From the NCBI GenBank assembly GCA_036744005.1, contig DAINOJ010000003.1:29403-93402 (forward strand): DNA of 64,000 bases, in the 5' to 3' direction. A program made the translations under genes and the position numbers. A model generated the notes under the pieces. That model saw only the letters and a program-made list of their open reading frames with translations, searched no databases and was not told where the DNA came from. This document shows positions 45,646 through 55,100 of this stretch, piece after piece. Each line of letters opens with the position of its first letter. Within the stretch, counting starts at the first letter, position 1. Origin of the DNA: Bacillota bacterium. GTDB taxonomy: Bacteria; Bacillota; JAAYKD01.

Positions 45646-46281
45646 TTATACAAGATGGTTACGAAGTGCGAAAAGCGCGATTTGGGTACGATCTTGTAAG
45701 CCGGTGGAGGCAAGGATGGCTGAGATGCGGTTACGAATCGTTCCTTCAGAATAATTCAAATGCTCGGCGATCAGGCGATTGGCATAACCAATGCCAATGC
45801 AACGAATGATTTCCAAATCGATTTCGTCAAATTCTAAGTTCAAGTCTGTTGGCATATAGGGTGGAGATGTCACAGCTTGCTCGAGGGTATGCAGTATCGA
45901 AGGATGCATACAAACCAATCCGGCCATGCAACTCTCGATAGCCAAAATAAGAGCAGCCGGTGTCATATCTTTTAACAAATAACCATCGGCATGCAAAGCA
46001 ACCGCTTCCTGGATTTTTTCGTAATCGCCAAATGTGGTTAGCATCACCACTTTCATTTCGGGGAAGGTGGCTTTTAGCTTCTTCAGGGCAAGCAAACCAC
46101 TGCTACCGGGCATTTGAATATCGAGCAAGCAAAGATCGGGAAGATGCTTCGAAGCGAGTCGAACGGCTTCTTCACCATTGCAGGCTCGGGCGATGACCCT
46201 AAAATCAGAGCGACTTCCCAGCAACGTGGCCAACAAATCTAAGAACAGACTCTGATCATCGGCTATTAGAATATGCGTCAT
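45646..46281 (-). CDS. NarL/FixJ (LuxR-type HTH) response regulator
   Basis: Receiver motifs ILIADDQ, LLDIQMPG, and a C-terminal LuxR HTH (IIRCIGIGYANRLIAEHLNYSEGTIRNRISAI). RBS GGAGGG. Confidence 0.85.
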   Translation of the reverse strand: MTHILIADDQSLFLDLLATLLGSRSDFRVIARACNGEEAVRLASKHLPDLCLLDIQMPGSSGLLALKKLKATFPEMKVVMLTTFGDYEKIQEAVALHADGYLLKDMTPAALILAIESCMAGLVCMHPSILHTLEQAVTSPPYMPTDLNLEFDEIDLEIIRCIGIGYANRLIAEHLNYSEGTIRNRISAILASTGLQDRTQIALFALRNHLV

Positions 46282-47110
46282 GACTCATCCCTCCGTGTAC
46301 TAGACGACGAATTTGCTGCAACAATTCACGCAAGCCATGGGCAAGGGTCTGCAGAGTTTCATTTTGACCATCGTTGGCTTGGTTCAACATGTCGGTATCA
46401 CTGAGTAAAAGCAACTCGTCTAGTTTTTTTTGTATTTCCATTTGCAATTGCTCCGCCAATAGTCTTTGTTGTTCCGCCAATAACAAGGCTTCATCTGCTC
46501 GAATTGCCTCTTGCAATTGTTGTTGAATGGCTTGCAACTCTGTCGACTTAAGAGTCCACTCCTGAAACAAAGCTTTCTCGTGGCTGATGTCCTGCAAGAC
46601 GATGAGACACCCTAACGGAATCCCCTTTTGCTGCAATGGCAATTCGCGCAGGATAAAGGTCTGCTCCCCCACTAGCCACTCTTTCTCTGATTTTCGAAGA
46701 GGTAGCACTGCCTGCTCCCATTCCAAAGGCATATTTGAATACACCACTATCCCCGAAGCATTCAACATAAGCAAGGGATCTAGTAACAATGGGGAAACAT
46801 CAGTGACCTTCAACCGAGACGACTTTCCTTTACTTGTTTGCCTCCACTGCCATAACCACCCCAGAATCGCACCCCACCAAATCACGGTTACAGAAACAGA
46901 TAGATACTTCGCAGTAGTGGTCGTCGGTGCAATCACGAGCAAAAACTGCCCCCCGGATGCAAAACAAGCTAACAGCCAAGGCCATACTGCCACAGACCTG
47001 TGCAGGGAAAGATCAAACTGCAGCATGCCGAACCTAAGAAATGTAAGCGCTGCAGTTAACCAAAATAGTAATTGCGGTAGAAACCAAGGACTCATTAGGG
47101 TGTATCGCAT
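46256..47110 (-). CDS. Membrane protein with PAS-like region and a degenerate, histidine-less DHp (HisKA_3-like) segment; no ATPase domain (pseudo-kinase-like)
   Basis: N-terminal TM helices, then EQQRLLAEQLQMEIQKKL...LAHGLRELLQQIRRLVHGG, which aligns by eye to the HisKA_3 pattern with LHD replaced by LQM. Overlaps both the upstream kinase and downstream regulator genes. RBS GGAGGG. Confidence 0.6.
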   Translation of the reverse strand: MRYTLMSPWFLPQLLFWLTAALTFLRFGMLQFDLSLHRSVAVWPWLLACFASGGQFLLVIAPTTTTAKYLSVSVTVIWWGAILGWLWQWRQTSKGKSSRLKVTDVSPLLLDPLLMLNASGIVVYSNMPLEWEQAVLPLRKSEKEWLVGEQTFILRELPLQQKGIPLGCLIVLQDISHEKALFQEWTLKSTELQAIQQQLQEAIRADEALLLAEQQRLLAEQLQMEIQKKLDELLLLSDTDMLNQANDGQNETLQTLAHGLRELLQQIRRLVHGGMSHDAYSNSR

Positions 47111-48729
47111 GATTCAACCCTCCGTTTTAGTAAGGTGTCTATTCGGAACCCTTCCCCTGGGCCATAGGTGAACTTCACCGTTCCGCCCAAAGCAGATACA
47201 CGCTCTTCCATTCCTAGCAATCCGTGACCTTTTTGCAGGTTTTCACAACCCTGACCGTTATCCAAGATGATGAGTTGCACCTGACGAGGTAAATAACGTA
47301 GAACCACATCCATCCTTGTTGCCTTGCTATGCTTAATAGCGTTTGTCAACGCCTCTTGTAACAACCTGTATAAAAGACGGGTTTCCTCTGATCTCAACTC
47401 ATAGGGGTCGCCCTGAACCAACAAGTCTACAGCAATGCCACTGTGAGCGGCTCCGTTTCGAATACTATGTAACGCCATTTGTAAGCTAGTTTGATCCTGT
47501 TTGTTTTCTATCTGCAAGGAAGATTGCCAGTCTGTTCTGCCTTGGATTAAAAGCTCTTTCACTTTGCTTAGCGCTTCCGAAAAGGTCGTGTCTTGTAGCA
47601 AGGCCACCTCTGCTGTCGATAAAGCTAAAACGACCGTATGACCTAAAACGTCGTGCAACTCCTGTAAAACCTTTTGTCGAGCTTTCCACGCAATCCATTC
47701 CTGCCTACGCTGAAGCATTCGCTGCCACCCGGCATTCGCCTCTTGTAAAAGTCGGTTCTGCTCTTCCAGCAGTTGCCTCATCCTCCGAATCGTAGTCACC
47801 GGACGCAAGCGCCACAAGGCACCTGCGGGCACGGTGCTTTTTTCTACCTCGAACCAATCGGATCCCACTTGCACAGTGCTACCCGGGATCCACTCGATGA
47901 ATGGGAGACCTAAAAACACCTCCCTTGCTCGTTCATTGCGGTGTAACACCGTTCCTTGTTCATCGCAAACAAAGCAGGCATCACCGTGTCGCTCAAACAA
48001 TTGTTCTTGTGCCAAGGGAAGCACATCGAGGAAACGGGTTCGCAGGGCAGCCATGGCAAATAAAAGCAAACTGGCATTGGTCGCGATGGGAGTGTAATCA
48101 AAACGAGGGGTATGGTGCAATAGCATTTTGAACCAGCCAAACACATAAAAGAGATTGACAACGAGCGGCAAGAGGATCGCTCCGGTAAATAAGATGGCTT
48201 GTGTCCTTCTATGTTGAAACAAACTGCTATAATCACGGCTCAGCCAGTAGAAGGCAACAGCTAAATAAGCATAGGTAACACTCATGACACCATAGAACAG
48301 AGGTCCGAAATCATCGGCATATAGGGTGAATCGACTATAGAACATAAAGTGCCAAGGGTTACTCCACACGAGCAAAAAACTGATCATTCCGGGCAAAAGC
48401 AGCCAGAAGATTCTCCTGCGCGACGGTAAGCGATGAAACCGATAGACCATGGCAAACAACAATACCAAAGGACCTAAGAAAGAAGAAGCAAAATACTGAA
48501 GTACCACAAAAAACCACCGTAGATCCAAGGTAGAAGCAACGGTCTTGCCGATTTTAGCCAACATCCATAAAGCCAAAGAACCTTGAGCCAACAAATAACA
48601 AGACAACAATGCACCCTTTTTCGCTTTGTGAGAAATAAACCAATTGAAACCAAAGGAAACCAACAATGAGAACAAGTGCCAGGCTTCAATGATAAAAACC
48701 TCGTCTGCTAATTTGGCGGATACTTGCAT
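47095..48729 (-). CDS. Sensor histidine kinase, NarL-partner type (polytopic N-terminal domain, PAS-like, HisKA_3, HATPase_c)
   Basis: About 6-7 N-terminal TM helices, H-box LQELHDVLGHTVV, N-box LLQEALTNAIKHS, G-boxes ILDNGQG and GHGLLGMEERV. Confidence 0.85.
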   Translation of the reverse strand: MQVSAKLADEVFIIEAWHLFSLLVSFGFNWFISHKAKKGALLSCYLLAQGSLALWMLAKIGKTVASTLDLRWFFVVLQYFASSFLGPLVLLFAMVYRFHRLPSRRRIFWLLLPGMISFLLVWSNPWHFMFYSRFTLYADDFGPLFYGVMSVTYAYLAVAFYWLSRDYSSLFQHRRTQAILFTGAILLPLVVNLFYVFGWFKMLLHHTPRFDYTPIATNASLLLFAMAALRTRFLDVLPLAQEQLFERHGDACFVCDEQGTVLHRNERAREVFLGLPFIEWIPGSTVQVGSDWFEVEKSTVPAGALWRLRPVTTIRRMRQLLEEQNRLLQEANAGWQRMLQRRQEWIAWKARQKVLQELHDVLGHTVVLALSTAEVALLQDTTFSEALSKVKELLIQGRTDWQSSLQIENKQDQTSLQMALHSIRNGAAHSGIAVDLLVQGDPYELRSEETRLLYRLLQEALTNAIKHSKATRMDVVLRYLPRQVQLIILDNGQGCENLQKGHGLLGMEERVSALGGTVKFTYGPGEGFRIDTLLKRRVESCDTP

Positions 48730-48783
48730 GATGTCACATCCTTCGCCATGATTCTACTCATTGGGACCAAAAAAGTCAATCAA

Positions 48784-48801
48784 AAATGACAATTGTCATT
48801 T
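48784..48801. promoter_or_regulatory. Perfect 18-bp palindrome AAATGACAATTGTCATTT in the divergent intergenic region
   Basis: Verified base by base. Lies between the kinase operon start (48729) and the small-protein / 2536-aa protein operon start (48880). Confidence 0.6.
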
Positions 48802-48879
48802 CGATTTGGCGGATTCTCACTGTCCCCTCTCCATGGATGCATGTTACACTGGAAAAAAATACAGGAGAAGAGGGATACT

Positions 48880-49119
48880 ATGGAAGAGCATTTCATCCAA
48901 GAACTCTTTGATTTAGGAGAAATCATTGCCAAGCTGGAAGAACGCAGCGTGCGCTTATATGAAAGATTGGGAAGAGAGAGTTACTTACATCGGGAATCTG
49001 ATGCCGCTTTGACACGATTGGAACTACAATATGTGCAAAGCGAGTTGCAAAAGCAAAAGAAGCGACTGGAAGGATTTCATTTTCCAGGAGCATCGGACAA
49101 CAAGGAGGAACGCTCATGA
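48880..49119 (+). CDS. Small coiled-coil protein (79 aa), translationally coupled to the 2536-aa protein gene
   Basis: RBS AGGAGAAGAGGGA before ATG; its TGA stop overlaps the ATG of the next gene (ATGA). Sequence MEEHFIQELFDLGEIIAKLEERSVRLYERL... Confidence 0.5.
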   Translation: MEEHFIQELFDLGEIIAKLEERSVRLYERLGRESYLHRESDAALTRLELQYVQSELQKQKKRLEGFHFPGASDNKEERS

Positions 49120-52100
49120 GACAATCCAAGACACGAATTCTTTGTTTTATTTTACTATTTGTCTCTATGATGATGCAGGTTTCTACACCGATTTCTGCGC
49201 AATCGCTACTGGGTAACGCGCAAGTCCATCGATTGGAATGGACCAGACACCTTGCCGAAGAGGGGGAGGACTCTTTTACTCTGGATGCTGTACATATAGA
49301 GAAAGGGGAAAGCCAGCAAGCGATGGGTTTCCTCACGGCGCAACTCAATGGGAAAATGATAGGGTTGCATCCTTTGGCTTTACCCGATGCAGCAGGAATG
49401 TATCGCATCGGCGACATCGCTTGGACGTTACAAGGCGACCCACAACTCTATAAGATTAAGGTAATCTTGCTGCAAAATCTGCAAGGCTTATTACCCATGA
49501 ATCGGATGTATCAGCTTGGCGAACGCTCTGCCCCGGAAATCGTGACCATCGCTCCAGATCAAGGCAGCTTTGGCACATCTGTCTTATTGACAGGACAGGG
49601 TTTTGCCAGCACTCCGGAGCGAAATATTGTACGGTTCATCCAAGCGGATGGCACAAAACTGTCTGCCTCGGTGGTTTCGGTAGGGAGCAATTACCTAGAG
49701 GTGCTGGCTCCGGTGCTCAATGCCGGCATTCATCAGGTTGAAGTCGAGGTCGAGGGGCGTATAAGTAATCAGAAGAGCTTCAACGCCGAAGCCCTTCCAG
49801 CAGCTCAAGGAAATGAAACACGACAACTCATGCAGGTTACACAATCGTTGTTGACCACTGCCGAGGAGGTGTCCGATACACTACAGGTGGCGAGTTTACC
49901 ACTTGCTCTACAGAGTCAAATGGTACAGTTGTTGGGAGAAGCAGAACAACAAATGAATCATGCTCAGACCGAGCTGATGCAATATTCCCCTGAAGCCCAA
50001 GAACTAATCAATCGTATGCTACAAAGTAGTGGAGTGCCAGAGCAGATCGCTCCCTTGAATAAAGATCCCGTGGGACTCTTGGCAGAAACAGGTCAAGATT
50101 ATACGATTGGAGACCGTTTGGAGAAAGTTGACCAAATCACAAACGACGTGCGTAATGCCAGAGACAAGATTCGCAGTCTCGACCGAAATCTGAAAATAAT
50201 GGAAGCATCACTCACTGTAGGCGGCATTGCCGGATTAGTTTTTGGAGGTTCGGGAAGCGGTGCTATTGCCTTGGCTGCCGAAATTGAAAGCTTTCGTCAA
50301 GCTATCATTCAACCGATACTGCTTAGTTTACGAGCCATTTATACAGTACTCAGCTGTAGCACCAGCAGTGCAGTTGCAGGGTCGTTGCGCTTTGAGTATG
50401 TGGATGATGTTCACATCGAGCAATACTTTGGCCATGCTCAAGAACCAGCACTTCCCGAGTGGCAGAATGAATCTTTGCTAAGCAGCTTGAGCAACGTGTT
50501 TGTGGGTATAGAAGAACTGCAATATCTGCACGATGACGTACTGCACTTGCTGCAGCAACCCTATGGAAGCACAAGCGAGACCATGCCCGAAGGCTTTAGC
50601 ACCGATATGCTACGTGCGTTGCAGCAGATTTCTTTATATGAGGACAACTGGAGACGATTAACACAACAAGCGGATCAGACTTTTTTGCCCGGTGAAACCT
50701 TAAGAAATAATGCCGGTGAGATAGAAGTGTTAATGAAGCAGTATCGCAGAATCGTCAACCAAATCCGTTCGGCGGGAGATAAGATGTTGCAGGATTTGAT
50801 GTATGCGCAAATCAATCCGCAAATGAGTTTTGATCACGATTGGTACCAAAGTATGAAGTATGCTATTGGGGATTTGCTGCGAGAAGCCAACAGCCTAAAC
50901 AGTGTACTAAATGCATTGATTTCTGAATTTCACGAACCGGAACAACTGAACTTTGAAGAAGAATCGCCCGCTTATGCGGGATTTATCGATACGCCAGGAA
51001 TCTTATTGGCAGGCCAATCCTACATAGCACGAGGAAACATGGACTTTAATGTCGGTTTGGACGAAACCAGAGGTCTCGACAACATGTTAGACGGCATTGG
51101 TACTAGTTTTATTGTCGATTTAGTGGGTGGATTGGTGGATCTGGAGTTGGAACTGGAAAACGTTGATGTACGACTCTCGGCGGTATCGTCAGATGAGAGT
51201 GTGTTGCGAACCGAATGGAGCGACAGCATCGGGTTGCGCTTGATTCCACTCAAACCAGGCTTGGTGACCGTAACGATTGTTCCAAACATTCGCCTCGTTA
51301 GGGAAGGAAAGATAAAAGCAGAGTATATCTCGGTGAGTAAACCTTTCCGTGTTATCTCTGCCAATCAGATAGCAGAGGAGTATTCGGTCAATGCTCCATT
51401 GGGCCCAAACTTGGAACATGTGACAGATGAAGCGGGGTTGGAAACTCGCCAAGTTTATTTGGGAGAGACTCTACATGTACAGGGACTGGGTTTTGCTTCT
51501 TCGAGTCAGTACATGAACGTGTATACCGCAGGAGTTCCGGGGATTCATATAGATGGTTTGTTACCTGACTTTCTCTATAAAGGTGTGGGTAGTGAACAGC
51601 AACGCCGAGAAGAACTTTGCATGGAAGTGCCGGACACCTTGTCCGGGCAGCTAAGAGTGGCAGTGCACTTAAAGCAAGCCATGGAAGGCGGAGCGCCTAT
51701 CGATCGTTCAGCGGGATTATCCAATGGAATAGACCTGCAAGTTTTGGCCCCCGTCATCGACTTTATGCCGCCGAATCTCATCGATGGCGAAAGTTATCCA
51801 GTTTTAGGTCGTGGCTTCTCGCATACTCCATGGATGAACAAGATTATATTCGATGACTTTGAAGCAACGAATCCCCAAAGCCAGTCACAATACTACGCAA
51901 TTGTTGAACCAAGTCTGGAAGAACCATTTACTCAACCCAAAGAATACAATGAAGTCACCGCCGAAAATCACCCGTTATTACACGTGTTGCACGAACGCCT
52001 TACTTTTTTGGCAGACGGACAAACCTCCAGTTCACTGAACAACCGTATCAAGGTGCTAGAGCAGGAAGATATGAGTGACATAGCCGGTGGTAGTTTGGTG

Positions 52101-55100
52101 CAAAGCTGGGGATCCGAAATTGTATTTTCGCAAAATGGCATCACCTCAATGCGACCACTATTGGCCGAGGATGAAACCAGCGGCTTACGCATGGCTGCTT
52201 GGGTTGCTCTAAACGAACGTGGCGCAGCTCAGTGGATTGCTGCTGAAATCTATGCGAACGGGAATATGGCTACACCTCAGCACATCGCCTCCAATTTAGG
52301 TTCCATGGAGACCGCACCCGATAAAGGTTGTTTAGTCGCTTATCGTAACCGGTTTTACTTCGTATACACCGGTCGTGATGGAGAGTTAGATCGATTGTAT
52401 TGCAGTATTTATGATGGAGGAAGTTGGTCGATACCCGTCCCTTTGACGGGAGGAATGAGTTCCGCTTTGAAGCCGGTCGCCTGGGTAGGTGATTGGCAAG
52501 ACGACAATCAGGCTGAGTTGTTTTTGGCGTACATTGCTGACGATGGCATGGTCGGCCAAACCATTACGGCGTGGTACACCTTACCTTCATCCGGAGCTCA
52601 ATTACTAGATCAAGTGGTTTTGTCGGCTAACAGCATATCGCGCCCGGCATTAACCAAACATGAAAATGGTTTTTACGTGGCATATCAGGGGATTCATTTA
52701 AGACAGAGTGATCTCTACCTGTGCCATGTGCAAATCTCTGCAAATTCAACATCCTTGCTCCCGGCTGCATCTTTGAGACTAAGTCGCAACAGTGGCGAAG
52801 CACAAGCCGAGAATCCTTCCATCGTCATTGGTCGACACCCGGTCAGTGCGGCTGAGCAAGTTGTGGTAGTGTGGGAGAACTCTGCACCTGCCTCTGGAAC
52901 CATGAACCAGCGTGAGGAGGTGTATTTGGCGACTGTAACCGGGGGAGTCGTCAACGAACCGGTGAATCTAACCCATTCTGAAGGTCATTCGCAAAGTCCC
53001 ACCTTAGCACTGGGTAAAGATGGTAGCATTGCTCTCCTGTTTTTAGAGATCACACCTGCGGGGATATCGGAGAATCAGACCCTGGGCTATACGTCGCAAG
53101 TCTGGTTTACTCGTTCTTTCGATGGAGGAACTCATTTCCAAAGACCCTATTACCCGCTAACCAGTCGTATTCAAGGCGTGCGATTGGGTCATCCTGCTTT
53201 GCTTAACCGCGGTGATGGCAAGGTCAACATGACATGGCAAGCCGGCGATCAATTGTTTTGGCGAAGTAGCGGTGAAACAATCATCCCACCGAGCGAATAT
53301 CCGGCGAATCTACTTACTCCTCGCAAACAAACCTTTGGGTATTCTAATGACGAAACAGGTGTTCGTTTGCTGAATGGAGCAGGAGAGCCCTTGCGTAGAA
53401 TAACAACTGCTACGGGGTGGATGCAAGCATACCCTAGTGAGATGTTGCGTCTAGCTGTTTCTCCTTCGGGTCGTTATGTAGCATTGCCAGGATATTGGCT
53501 TCAAATATCCGAAGCGGACGGCTCACATCCGTTGGACATTGCTCTACCGCATGACATAGAAGAAGAAATGCCCAAACACATTGCTTGGGGATTGGATGAA
53601 CAGGAACTTCGCGTATCGTATGTGGAATTTGGCATCAACAACGCGCAACCTCTAGGAACATGGCAACGGGAAGCGGTGGAAGGCGAGGTGGCTCGTTCTT
53701 ACGGTTTTTCATGGGATCGTCAGGAACGCTACATTCTGCAAAGAGAATGGTTGGACAGCATACCCACTCTGCACCGGGACTTTTATGTGGTCGATAGTGT
53801 AAGTGGAGAAGAGAGGTATGTAACATCGCTACCGAATCGTTTGTTGGCAATATCTCCTGATGGAACCGCAGTGCTCTTACACGATAGTCAAGGTGCTGGT
53901 AGAAATCGGGATGGCTTGGTCCTGCGACAACTCGGAGGAGCCTCAGTGGTATTGTATGAAGGAATTCCTGAAGCAGCAGCGTTTTCATTTAATGGTCGAT
54001 ATATTGCTGCTGTTATGCGACAAACCGGACAACAGGCCGTTTTAAAAGTCTGGGATCTCCATAGTGGAACCTGCTGGGATTTGGCACTTCTGGTGGATAA
54101 CATCGAACGGCTTTCGTTTAGTCCCGATAACAATCGAGTTTTCTGGCAGACCACACAAGCAACCTGGCATACACAAACAGCAGGCGGTGACTCGCAAGTC
54201 GCGAAAACATTTATACAGAATTTTGTTACAGTGGGCCAGGCGAGTGAAACCATGCACGTTTCTGCCGCAGCCAGTGTGTGGAAAAATCGTGCAGGAAGCG
54301 AGATAGGCGTCACGCTGCGTCAGACACCTACAGCAGATGTCACGGTTCAAGTGGTGGTCCCAATGGGGTTGGTTGCATTGCCACAAAGCGTTTCGTTTGC
54401 TGCCGGAGAAGCGCCGATTGCGAGAAAAGTTGGTATCTATGCTCAAGATTCGATGCCAGCAGGACTGAGCACCATTGCTTTACGACTACATTCCGCAGAT
54501 TTACGATTTGAAGGAGTGGAGCAACATGTATCAGTAATCACATCGGAAGCCGCGCCATTCACATCCGGTTTGGGCTACAGCGCTGCCGATTATGGCGATT
54601 TGGCTGTCTATCCGATTTTGCATAATTGGAACAGACAGGTACCGATTGCAGCTGCTGATTGGGAACAACCGTTGTGGCAGGTCAACCCCAGCTTCAATGA
54701 TGTGAAGGTGTTGCAGGCCGGAAATGGTGTCACACTGATGTATGGACGCGATTACATGTACCATGTACATGCGTATAGCAAAACGGGGCAATTGCTCTGG
54801 GAAACCGATGGGAAGTCCCCTTTGCTACAGGGCGAAGACGCGGTTTTCTTACGTGGAGACAATATGTTAATCCGAAAGGATTTACTCACTGGGGAAGAGC
54901 ACCCTCTGATTTTATATCGAGCAGATGGCACAGAGTGGAGATTCTGGACGAGTGACTTGTTCTATGCCGATACGCAGGGGAACATGTACGCTCTGGCTCA
55001 ACGTATGTGGGGTGAGACATTCTTGCACGTATTGCGAATCGAGCCAAACGGACGAGTGAGCGATCATCTTATCGACGAGGCACAGTATTGGCAAGGCGAC

